A stretch of DNA of 64,000 nucleotides from Nemertoderma westbladi. Taxonomy: Eukaryota > Animalia > Xenacoelomorpha. Positions 12,899 to 24,293 of this stretch are shown one piece after another. Under the pieces are notes generated by a model that worked only from the letters and a program-made list of their open reading frames with translations, ran no database searches and was not told the origin of the DNA. The stretch's first letter is position 1. Each line of letters begins with the position of its first letter. The translations under genes and the position numbers were made by a program. The stretch lies in contig JAUCBJ010001376.1 of NCBI GenBank assembly GCA_032718475.1, positions 46,139 through 110,138 of the forward strand, given 5' to 3'.

Positions 12899-15497
12899 CT
12901 ATCTCCTGCTTTGATATGCTTTCCTTTTCTTCGCCCGTCGACTTTCATCTATCACCAGTGCGGGTAGAGGAGCATCATTGGCCGACGTGAGCATCGCCGC
13001 GGCCTGCCTCCTGGCAGCCCTTCCTCGGGGAGGTATCGAGATGAGATCTGTTCTCCTCTCCAGCTCGGTGGTTCGAGCCGCCTGGAACCATTCTCCATCT
13101 CCAAACGCTTTTGTATACGAATATAGACGTCTAATCACTTCGAAGGGGCCGAATAGGTTGGCGCTAAGCAATAAATCCTCATAGTGGAAAGGCAAGGTCT
13201 TTACTGTATGGAGGCATTCGGGGAACGAAATATACCCGCACGCCATCTCCTGTGCGATGTTATGGGCGCTCAATCGTGCTCTGGTCTTTACGTGTACGTT
13301 GGCATACGTCTCGAACATAACCATGTTCCCGGTAGCCATAATGTCCTTGGTAGGACATTTAATGTTGCACCGAGGGCTCGCTGTATGCCCACGGAAGCCG
13401 TACGTTGTACAGACGTTATACAGTGTCGGGCAAACCGCTATGTCATGGCCCGGGGTAGTGCAATATGGACAATAGATTATCCCGAGGATTTGGAAGCACG
13501 GTTCGGTTATTCGTTGTTTCTTACCGCGAGGAAACTGATCCGAACCGCAGCTACTGCAAACATCGAGTTGCATTTCCCGACCGAAAAAGATCGGGATTTG
13601 TACGCCGGCGTAATATTCCAGTCATCTATCCTTTTTAGGGATAATCGTCGTAACCGGAAGCCCGTGGAACGCCGCGCTGTCGCGGAGTTGAGCCTAGCTT
13701 CGGTATCCCTCCTTATGGTCTGCAGGACGCATCTCGGGTGCCCGTTTCTGAATCCACTCCGTCTGTTCGGTGTACCATTGGGTGAGTCTCATCAGGTCCT
13801 GTGGAATGGTGGGAGCCGTCGCAACAGCCGGTCGGCGAAGGGGTGCCGGGATATTCGCCGAAGGAATCCCGAGGAGGTCTCCGGAGGTTGGTGGTATACT
13901 AGGGCCCTTCGTAACTTGGATAGCCGATTGGGTCCGCTGTGTACTGGTACTTGGGGTTTCTGTGGACCAATCCTCTCCTCCAGGAAACGGGTAAGGAGAT
14001 AACCTCGTGCATGCATTGTCGAAGTCACTAAGTGCGAGGGTGGTAACTAGTTCTCTTGCCGCACTACCAGAGCCAAGTGGAGTGGTTACGCCGGATTCCG
14101 TCGCTGGCTCAGTCGCGGCAATACGCTTAGCAGCTGATTCGTAGTCAACTTCCGGTGCGTGTTGACGTTTTGGTGTAGATAGCAGAATACCTTTGTGTTT
14201 CCATAACTCCTCTCCTTCCGACGACACTATAGCTCTATTACTCTGCGCCAAGGAGATCGGTAATCGTGGGGATATCGAATGGTCTGTGCAGATCCCAGGA
14301 TTCGATTACATCGAGCGTCTTGGTATCTCCCGGTGGGATATTCTGTACTGCCTTGAACGTGTGGTCGATCACCTCGTTCCATTCGTAATCTATGAAGGAC
14401 TTTGGGACCGCGCTAATAAGTTTATCGAGGGTTTTATAGATGAACTTAGCAACCGTGTACGATTTAATCGTGACGTAGATGTAGTTCCGTCGATCCGGAT
14501 CATCCCAGCGTTGGTGGATCGTCCACTTCCTATCTACATTCTTCCAATGGTTCTCCCGCTCATGAGGTATCGCTAAATCCGGATGCACGCCGTAGAATTT
14601 ATTGTAGTCTTGGAACTTCTGTGGTTTAAAATCTAAACCGCCATTTAGCACCGCTAGGTAGCCGATACCGGATTTAGTCTGTCTCACCTCTTTAAACCCG
14701 CCCATAAAGTCCGTGACCAGTAACCAGGCCAGCAGGGTTTGGGTGTCGATGAAGTGGCTAATCGCGCTAATGTCCTCTCTACGATTCATTCCGAATGGAG
14801 CGTTGATATAGTCGTTCCGGAGATCCGCTTTTATATCTGACCCGATTTTGATAATATCGAAGTCGAACAGGACCTGTTGGATCGCCGATGGTAGTAGCCA
14901 GATTACCCCGGCTGTCTGTATCTCTTGGCAGGATGTCGGGAAGATTCGGCACACTAACACCAACCCGTCCAGGGTTCCGAGGACTACTATTAGCGACCGA
15001 CCGTACTCCTTCGTCCCGTATTTCTCTTTATAGTCGTCTCGGTTTTGGATGACTGCCATTCGTTCCTCTCGCAGCGTCGCTGTATATTCCGCCAGGTTTC
15101 CCCAGTGTGTGAGGTATGTACTCTTGTCGTCAATGAAACTCTGGCATCGCACCATTGTAATCGCCTTTGGAGTCGGCATCGCATTGCCTTCGTTGTCATA
15201 TATTAGGCACCGGGATTTGTAAACGCTTTGCCGGAATGTATCCCAGAATGACAACTCTCCTCCTCCGGTTGCCTCAGCGTTCCGAGTCCTTTTCAGGCTC
15301 GTACTAGCGTCGGTGAACCGGAGCGGCTGCAGGTTACGGGAATCCGGGACCTCCCTCCCAGAGAAACGAATGACTCGCACATTCTCGCTCAACAGGATGT
15401 TCCATTTCGCATCAAAACTAGGAGATCCAGGCTGTGGGTAGTCCAATAAATCAATCGTATTACGTAATTCGCCAAGAATCTGGCGATTCGGGTCCAT
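12899..15497 (-). pseudogene. Accessory (env-position) ORF of element B: DEDD/WRN-like 3'-5' exonuclease-type domain, S/T/P-rich linker, CCHC zinc knuckles (~865 aa reconstructed)
   Basis: The 419-aa ORF joins the 185-aa ORF by one frameshift near 14250. The 185-aa and 224-aa ORFs are in the same frame, separated by two stops (TAG at 13694 and a TGA near 13623). Motifs: LLPSAIQQVLFDFDIIKIGSDIKADL, FIDTQTLL, SGIGYLA..NGGLDFKP, CPYCTTPGHDIAVC (CX2CX4HX4C). Confidence 0.75.
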
Positions 15498-15807
15498 ATT
15501 GTAAATTACATCCGTTACAAATTAATTCAGTTAATTATAAATCCAGAAAGTCTGATTCTATAGCGACTGCAGAATAGTTATTTTTAATATAGTTAATGTT
15601 ATTGATATATAGGCATCTATCATCTTATTGTTACTACATTCAGTATTTACAGTTGCTATAGCTATACATTATTATCCAACCAGTTTTTTTGACTTTTTAT
15701 GTCCGCTTCTTTTTTAAATTCCTTTTCCATTCTACATTTTATACTTTTTTTTTGTCTTTTTTCATTTCTATAGTTTATTCATTTCACATTTCCTTTTTTC
15801 TTTCACA

Positions 15808-15882
15808 TTTCATCATTTATTCCACCATTACATCATTTATTCCACCATTACATCATTTATTTCACCATTACATCATTTATTA
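15808..15882. repeat. Short 20-bp tandem repeat (CATCATTTATTCCACCATTA, ~3.5 copies)
   Basis: Visible directly, upstream of the element B accessory ORF. Confidence 0.85.
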
Positions 15883-16084
15883 CACATTTCATTGGGGTTA
15901 TAGCCCCCCGGCTATCATCATTGGTTATAAGCACAAAGCACCAGGGATGCGCATCATCACATTTTCATCATCATAATAGTACACGTCATCATTCAGTTTA
16001 TAGTTGAGTTATCTGTTCCTTTTCATCATTTCGTACTACATTCAACCATCTTCTTGGGAAATTTTTTGTTGTGGAAGGGGTGTT

Positions 16085-16425
16085 ACGCAGCAGTCTGGGA
16101 TCTACAGCTGGACTCATTACACCGCCTACCCCAAACTGCACACATAATGGACAATGAATAGAACGATGGAAGTGAAGTCACGCGGAATGCACCAGGGACC
16201 CACCAGAATAACACTCCCAGAAACATAAAGCTCAGCCGACGAAGACATGTGTAATGCACCAGGGACCCACCAGAATAACGTGGCTGAGGAACATAAAGTC
16301 TCTATCGACGAAGTCATGTGGAATGCACCATGGACCCACCAGAATAACGCGATAGGGGGTGTTGCGCGGCAGTCTGGGATCTACAGCTGGACTCGTTACA
16401 CTGCCTATGCCCCAAACTGCACATG
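16085..16425. repeat. Nested direct repeats in the pol / accessory-ORF spacer of element B
   Basis: ATGCACCA(G/T)GGACCCACCAGAATAAC x3 (~16188, ~16255, ~16323); GCAGTCTGGGATCTACAGCTGGACTC(A/G)TTACAC x2 (~16090, ~16369). Confidence 0.85.
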
Positions 16426-16704
16426 CAACAGACAACACAAGACAAACATAATGGATACAATGAATTCCATTTCGAAACTTTCCCATTTCCAATAATCCAA
16501 GGTAGTTGGTCCTGATGACCAAAATCAGGGTGAACAAAACATAAACTACCCTAAGTCAGTCGAAACATCTGCAGGGTGACGCTGGACTCCACATAACACA
16601 CGAGGAAACACAAATACCATGCGTGGTTACAGTTGGTTTAAGGGGGGTCCATAATCATTGTCGCTAAATCACATTTAAAGAGTTTGTCAACAGGATGGGA
16701 AGGG

Positions 16705-19700
16705 TTAAACGGGTTTGTTATTGTCACCAATGTCAGAAGCAGGATCCAGAGTAGGGAACTTATCACCTCTCGTGGTGTCACCATTGTCATTGCCTTCGAG
16801 AAGGCAAAGCCTCTGGATAGGGCATTGGTAGTGGCCCTTTGCCGTTCGTATCGTCACCGTTCTCGCAAGTCCATCTTTGCTAGGGGTTATCTCCATGACA
16901 CGCGCCACAGGCCAGTGGACGCGGTCTTTAAGGTCTTCCTTGACGAGCACCATGTTGCCAACTGCAACATTCCGGTACGTATCATTCCATTTCCTCCTTG
17001 TTCGAAGGGTTATAAGGTACTCCTGAGCCCAAATTCTCCAGCAATGCGCCATCAGCGCTTGGGCTTTCTTCCAGCTGGTGTGTTTCATGATGTCTTTGGG
17101 ATCCGGGAACATGGCCTCCGGAAGGATGTTGGTCTTAGGTCTACCAGGGAGATGGTTGGGTGTGAGGGGTTCCAGATCAGTTGGGTCGTCATGGATGGGA
17201 ACGATTGGCCAGTTGTTTAATGTAGCCGTAATATCGCAGAATGTGGTGCGCAACGTGTCATGAGTGACCCAGGTATCCCCTAATGCGATCTGCATGGATC
17301 GTTTCACTAAATCAATGAGTTTCTCCCATACCCCACTCGTATGGGGTGCTACTGGTGTTTGGAAGTGCCATTGGATGTGGTGTTCCTTCCAGACGTGTGA
17401 TGTGGTTTCGTCAGTAAACATCCTTCGATAGCCTCTCTTAGTTCCCTTTCTCTTCCCACAAAGTTCGTTCCGTTGTCTGAGTACATATGCCGGCATGAAC
17501 CATTGTTCGCCACGAACTGACACAGGGCGTTGATGAATGTGTGTTGCTTGAGGTTCACTACAAGGTCCAGGTAGATCACCCTCGACAGTAGGCAGGTAAA
17601 GATTGCTCCCCATCATTTAATGTTGGATCATCGCTCTATAACTGTAAATGGTCCGAAGCAGTCTACGCCAGTTACGTAGAATGGCGGTGAGTCGGACTGG
17701 AGTCGCGTGGCCGGCAGATCGGCCATTCTTTAGGTGAGTGGTGGCGCTAGATCTCTCCTGCAAGGGAAACACCGTTTCAATACTTTCCGAATTAGCGGCT
17801 GGATGTGGGTGATCCAGTATCGTTGCCGGATATTGGCCATGATCCAGTTTTGGCCTGCGTGATGGTTTTCCTCATGACATTGTTGGACTAGCAGCTTGGC
17901 TGGTGTAGACGTTCCTGGCAGAAGTGCCGGATACTTAATTTCGTACTCTACCGGGACCGGGGTGTTCGCCATCCGGGTATTAAGGTGGATCAATCTGTCC
18001 TCTCCCATCATGGGTCTCAACTGGTAGACTGGGCTATCAGGTTTCAGGATCCTGCCCGCATTGAGCTGCTCCCATTCGTCGGGGAAACTTCTTTTAACAT
18101 ATCTTACAATACATTTCTCTGCGATAAGGAGTTCTTGTACACTCCGCCAAAATATCGGTTTGTTTTCCTTCCACCACAGGAAATTACGGAGAGTCATAAC
18201 GTGGTGGATGAGACGTTTCATTGAGGAGGTCCGCTCTATGAGGAGTCGAAAGGATGCGGCTGGTTGCTCAGTGGTCGCAACGTTATAGTGCCTGCCAGAG
18301 TCCTTTACAGGCTCATTCAGACAGCTATAGATCTCCACGGTGGCACTCCCACGGACCATGCGGATCTCCTTATCGTCTTCCGAGTATTTCCCGCTATCTA
18401 ATCCGGGATCGGATCGGGTGCTCCAGATTCGTTGCGGTTGCTTTAGGGATTCCGCGCCCATAAGCCAGAGTTTACTCCTACCAAGCTGTCGCGGGGTGGC
18501 GCCTCGGCTCGATAGGTCCGCTGGGTTCTCTTTCCCGTTTACATGATGCCACTGTTCTCGGTTGGTGCACTATTTTATTTCCGTGGCCTGGTTCGCCATG
18601 AATGTTGTGTGTCGTCGTGATGGTGAATGGAGGTAGTATAGCACTATGCTGGAATCGACCCAGAAATGTTGAGATTCGATAGGGATTCTAAGGTTTCGCA
18701 TAATCATGCGGTTTTGTCTTAGGGCCCAGACTGCAGCTTGCAGCTCGAGCCTTGGGATAGTGGCCACAAATTCCCTGGATACCATCTTCGCTTTGGAGAA
18801 TATGAAACTAATATCGATGTTTCCATCTTGGCTTAATCTCTGGATATACGTAACCACACCAATTCCGGTATTCGAGGCATCCGAGAAGGTATGGAGCTGG
18901 AATATGTCGGTGGGCACTTTTTTGAGGAAGAACAGTCGAGGAATCCGCATAAGGTGGAGCTGTTCAAGTTGCTCCGTCTATTTCTTCCATTTGGCGCTAA
19001 TGTGTGGGGGGACTTCTTCATCCCATTGGTTTGGGTTGGGGGTTATGTTTGAAGATAAACTGGTCCAGTTTTATGTCCCATTCAATTCCAAGTACGCGGT
19101 GGTCTACACCCTCTGAGTACATTTTATCATTATCCAACTTGATCTCTTCCGGGAGCCTTTCCATAAGCTCTTTGCCGTGTGATCTAAACTTTACTAAGGG
19201 GAAACCTCCCCTCTTTAAGCATTCCACCATTCCAATTGCGAGCTGATATGCCTCGTCAACATTCTCGGCGCCAGCGCATCTGTGGTCTCGATGACAGCCG
19301 GAGGAAACTCATTTTCGCACATGGTCGCAGTTTTCTTCAGCATGTCGCTACATGCGACCGGCGAGTCCTTAGCACCAAAGATCCGGACGATCATCTTCAT
19401 TACATCCACATCCTCCAAGGTAAGTTGATTTATCCCTTGTGGGGTTAATGCTTTGTCTGTCCATAGAATACGAAGGCAGTCAGAATCTCGTGGTAGCATT
19501 CGAACCTGGTGGAACATTGCTTTGATGTCACACGTGAAGGCTACTTTATTCTCCTGGAATCGGATTAATACGCCGATCAGCGTGCTGTAGATGTTAGGTC
19601 CGGTGTATAGTTGGCTATTTAACTACTCATCTTGGTACATAGCCGCAGCATCATTCACCACCCGGATCTTTCCGCCCTTCCGGGCCTCTACCACATAGTG

Positions 19701-22700
19701 GCTTGGAAGATAGTAGGTTCGTTTTGTCCCATGCAGTTTGTCCAGGGGAACCATCTCCACTAATCCATCTTCCAGGTATCCCTTAATCACATTGTTATAT
19801 TTTTCCTTGTTCTCGGGTAGCTCGTGCAACCTGCGCAAGATTCCCATTAGCCTCCTCAGAGCCATACTAGCATTTTTAGCCATCGGTCTGTCCGGATCCT
19901 TCCATAACATTGGAGAGCACCCATGCCCGTCCTTAAACACTGCTTGGTCTAGAACGTCCACACAGTATTGGTCTTCCTCCGATGGGTTTTTGTCTTTTTC
20001 GTTGAATTCCTGGGTTTCCAGGTTAAAGTATTTCGTCATCTCTTGTTGTGTCTTCTCCGTTTCCAGGAATAGATCCTCATCCATATCGGTCGCTGAACAG
20101 TAACCCACGGATGTTGTATTTCCTTCAATCTGGCACTTTGGGAGGTATGTGTAGGTATCAGTGGTTTCTTCTTTAATCCCGCAGAGCGTCCATCCCATAA
20201 TGGTGCGCTCTGCGTAGAAACCGTCGTCCGGCTTTACGGAATGGGCGATATCTCCAGTTGGTATATGTAATTCTGGTGTATCGAGTCAGATAAGTAACGT
20301 AATTCTGTTAACGTCCAATGGTGGGCATCTTAGGTCCACATCCTCCCGATCTAGTTGTATAAGGGGTGCGTATTCAGAGGATTGTCGGAATTGCACTCTG
20401 AGATCGGTATGCACCAGGGTGTTTTTAATAGTTAATTTCACCCTTTCATTTCCTGCCATAACCCCTTCTACACTGAGTTGCACCTCTCCGGACTCCACTT
20501 CCTTATGGTCCGTTATAGTTTGTATGGGTCGCTTGCAGGGCTCATATTGCCCAGCTGTTCCAGAAAGGCCCTGTCAATTATGGTCCCGTCTGACCCATTA
20601 TCCAGGAAGGCAAGTGTGGTCAGGGATTTCCCAACACCTTGGATTCTCACCAGTATCACCTTGGCAAAAACCATATACCGTCGGTTGATCAGGTTGACCG
20701 TAGCCGATATACTGGTCACGTGTGCTACGTCAGCGGTAGTCTTGAACGGGTTTGTTTCTTTCCGCTGGATCATCCGGGAACCCTTCGAGATGTGGCTTGT
20801 TTCCCCTTTCCGCTTGGATTCAATACGGAATTGTAATGTAGTGAAGTCAAAGTTTGCAGGAATGTGGAGGAGCGTGTGATGTCGTAGATCGTTACAAACC
20901 GCACAACAGGACCTCTGTTCGCAATCCCTCACATAGTGGCCTGTGCCAAGACACCGGAAGCATCCCCGGTGTTTCATGATCGCTTCAAAGCGATGGGCTA
21001 GTTCTGCGAACTGGAACTTTTTGCAGAATTCTACTTTGTGCTTCTCTCCGCAGAAGAGACATAGAAGGGAGGTCATGGTGCCTTCCCTCTCGGGCGCCCA
21101 ATTTGCCAGATAGCACGCCCATTCTTCTGCTGACGTCGGTTCCTCATAATCCTCGTCATCCGAATCCTCGGCTATGGTGATGGCCATCGGACTTACCGGA
21201 GGAGGGCGGAATTTCGGTTTTGGAGTGGGTGCCCTGCTCCGAGAAGTGCTCTCTATCCCATCCAACTTGGAGAGACTCTGTTTAGAGAACGTGGAGTCGT
21301 TCATGGCCTCGGAGATATCATCTAGGAATGCCAACATTTCAAGAAAGCTAGGATCACGATCCGGGTGTCTTCGTCTGAGATCTACACATTTGTATGCCCA
21401 TTTACTTTGTAGCCATCCGGGAAATTTCCGGGCAATTTGTCGAAGGTTTAAGATATTATTCACCTGTTCTTCTTTGTTTAATGGTTTTAGAGTATAATAA
21501 GCATCCTTCATTGAGTCTGAGAACTCTTGAATATTCTGTGGATCTCCTAGAGATCCAGCATCTTGTATCAGTTTTTCAAGTATCTTATTAATTATGGTTC
21601 CAACATTGCCATATCTTTTATCGAGCATTTTCCACGCATCGTGGTTGCCTCGCGGGATCCTCCTTCGAAACATCTCACAATACGGCGTGGTTTGTCACCC
21701 AGATACTGAGATAAGTATACCAGCTTCTGCGCGTCGGTAATGTCTGTCGATCCGATTTGAGCGTAGAACCGTTTTTTAAACCCGAGGTAGTCGACGGGGT
21801 CACCCTCAAAGTTACGAATTTCCATCTTAGGCATAGCCAGACGGTTCTCTAAGGCTCGTATGATGCCGACGTCGTCTGAACTGGAATGACTAGGAGGTCC
21901 GTAATTACTAGCACTCTCTCCCATACATGATGGATCGACAAGAGAGGGAGTTTTAATAACAACGCGGTTACGGATTTTCGGAGTAGACGTAAATGGATTA
22001 GTGGATCGAGGGGTGGCGTCACGTTCCGAGTCCCTTTCAGGCTCGTACTTGTGGACTCTCGGTGCCGTAGGATTGGAGGGGAAATAAGGTTCCTCATTCT
22101 TAAGCGTAACTGGTTGGGGGTGGAAAACCAGTGCTTGCGCCGAGAGTGTGGTCTGTATGACCGGCGGGAACTCAATGTTTCGGAGGTTTTACTGCCGGTG
22201 GTGTAAACGACTTCTCTAATTCCGGAACCGGGATTGGTTCATAGTCCTGTTCTATACCGTTCTCCCAGTCCTCGTACAGTTGAAGGTCTCGTTCAATGAG
22301 TGCGGCCTCGTAGTCTGCGAGTTTAGCGATATCCGCATTCTTTTTGTGAATAAGAAGTGTGTGGGCCTCTGCATATTGTTTACCTATTTCGGCCTCCTGT
22401 TTACGTATTTTGGCCTGTTGTTCAGCCTCCTGTTTATGCATTTCGGCCTCCTGTTTACGTATTTCAGCCTGTTGTTTAACCTCTTGTTTACGCCTTTCGG
22501 CCTGTTGTTCGGCCTCCTGTTTACGTATCTCGGCCTCCTGTTTACACATTTCAGCCTCTTGTTTACGCATTTCGGCCTGTTGTTCGGCCTCCTGTTTATG
22601 TATTTCTTCCGCTAGTACATCCTGTTCAATTTGTAATTGAACGTATTCATCCTCCATCCGGGCTTTAAGGGCCCTTGCTCTTTGTTCCCGTAACTGGTCT

Positions 22701-22762
22701 CAGAGGGACTGACCCCCTTGGGAACTACGCGCTGAACCGGATACCTCGCTCCTGGCACTGGA
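16705..22762 (-). pseudogene. gag-pol: BEL/Pao gag-pol of element B (coiled-coil, DUF1759-like region, three Cys-His fingers, protease, RT, RNase H, integrase), multiply disrupted
   Basis: FEGDPVDY..F, CLFCGEKHKVEFC / CFRCLGTGHYVRDC / CAVCNDLRHHTLLH, protease AFLDNGSD, RVVNDAA, DIKAMFHQV, VLGIEWD, LHTFSDAS, TIPRLELQAA, SDNGTNFVG, GVWEKLI, LTPNHL, W..ARV. The RT YxDD motif is absent near 19280, apparently by a small deletion. Confidence 0.95.
22370..22612 (-). repeat. Coding tandem repeat in Gag (KQEAE units of 7 and 11 aa)
   Basis: About nine KQEAE/KQEVK units in ORF 22172-22657; the DNA repeats TCGGCCTCCTGTTTAC. Confidence 0.9.
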
Positions 22763-23275
22763 GTACTACTAGGATCGGCATGCTGCATTGCAGCTGCATT
22801 TTTAGGAATGCTGTGCCGGCTTGTCAACAAAATTACACCGTCACAACTCCCTATCACCAATGACATTTGCTAGATCATCCGCATCTTGAAGGCCAGTGTC
22901 CTTTAAGCTTCATCTCAAGAATGTCATGGGCTGTCCACCATGCTTATTCACTCCATGAGGCTGCCAAAGCCCAAAAAGATTATGCACTGGTGCAAGCAAT
23001 GTCCTGCAAAGCATAGGCGGCTTTGTTCTAGTGTCAAGCTTTTGGGAACCACTGAGAAACCTTCAATGTTATATTATGTCTGGTTGGAGATGTGTGCATT
23101 GTACTTGAAACAGTGAACTCCGCGTAGCATTCTAGCCATCCAGAGATTTGGTGTCCTCAGCAGTCCGAGCCCAGCATGGACTCCCATGGTAGAGTACTGG
23201 AACTTCTGCTGTTCTAAATAATGGGATCTTAATTTTCCGATTACTTCTACGTGACTTCCAAATCCTGAAAAGCAA
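22763..23275 (-). mobile_element. RTE-type LINE 3' fragment
   Basis: Reverse-complement similarity to the LINE 3' ends at 44060-44340 and 35480-35615 (GAAGATGCGGATGATCTAGCAAATGTCAT..GTGATAGGGAG); ends in a short TAGTAGTA tail against gag of element B. Confidence 0.8.
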
Positions 23276-23604
23276 CCTATTATGTTATACTAATATTATA
23301 ACAACCTGTTATGGACACAGGGAGTATGGGTACTTTAATTGGTGCAGATCTTGCACGGTCCTTGTTTGGAAAAGAACAGGACCATCTTATGAAACTAACA
23401 TTGTAACTGGAAATTAAGGCAGGCCATACCATGGATACTATAAAGATTATCATAATCAAAAATTTTGGTAGAATTATGGCTAACCCTATTAATCCCGGGG
23501 GGGGGGGGGTCAATATGACCCCCTCCCCCCCCCCCCCCCCCCCGTTGTTTTTTTATAATACTTGTAAATGTGCCATCTTGATGTGAATGTGCATTCTTGT
23601 AAAT

Positions 23605-24115
23605 GTGCCATCCAGAGATTTGGTGTCCTCAGCAGTTAGAGCCCAGCATGGACTCACGTAGAGGATACTGGAACTACTGCTGCTCTAAATAATCGGACTT
23701 TAAGTTTCCGATTAATTCTCAGTGACTTCCAAATCCTGGAAGGCCTATTCAAGGCTGCCCATGCCTTTCCCTTACGTATTCGAAGGTCCCCACCTGACTT
23801 CCGGATCCATGATCCCAGGTAACAGAAGTCGTCCACATGCTCAAGCATACCATCCTTTGAGCTTATGCTCATCCAATCAGAGACTTGCTGAGGACTTTCA
23901 AAGTTAACTGTCAGAATTTTGGTCTTTCTGGAGTTAATAAAAAGACCAACACTAGAAGCAGCATGTTCTAATGAGCTGAGGAGCCGTTGGGCTTCCTCTA
24001 ATGATTCTGAGAGTACTCCTAAGTCATCAGCAAAGTCTAGATCAGTTAGGTACTTGGCAGGATTTCCTCGACTTCTGGAGCCAGTAGGTGGAGTTATCAT
24101 CACCCCATCATCATT
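23605..24115 (-). mobile_element. RTE-type LINE RT fragment
   Basis: ORF 23654-24103 has LTDLDFADDL, GLFINSRKTK, VDDFCYLGS, KVRLFRAAV; it overlaps the preceding fragment by ~140 bp of diverged homology, so these are two separate copies. Confidence 0.9.
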
Positions 24116-24293
24116 ATGATGATCTAAGGCCTATCTACGTCCTAGCCTGCGTTTAAGAAATATATTTAAATACAAAACAGGACGAACGCAACGAGGCTTA
24201 TAATGAAAACGAGTACTGCGTTTATTATATTCCTATAAACCACCTGGCTTTGCATATTGAACGTGCGATTGGAAATAAGTTCGTGCTACCCTT

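Larger units (their letters stand above)
11424..22762 (-). mobile_element. BEL/Pao LTR retrotransposon B (5' LTR and gag start missing; abuts a LINE 3' tail)
   Basis: Gag-pol at 22762-16705, accessory ORF at 15497-12899, PPT and LTR at 11771-11424, all on the - strand. Confidence 0.85.

Noticed and set aside
13360-13480. Nanos-type zinc finger (CPxL...C..G..GH resemblance)
   Set aside because: Spacing fits tandem CX2CX4HX4C knuckles, not the Nanos CX2CX12HX10C pattern.
12978-14576. Plus-strand ORFs (272 aa, 127 aa and others) opposite the cargo ORF
   Set aside because: No recognisable motifs; best explained as antisense shadows of GC-richer coding sequence.
12899-15497. env gene
   Set aside because: No signal peptide, furin site/fusion peptide or TM anchor; the motifs point to nucleic-acid-binding domains.
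22280-22640. Hydrophobic or Cys-rich repeat proteins on the + strand
   Set aside because: Antisense translations of the KQEAE Gag repeat.
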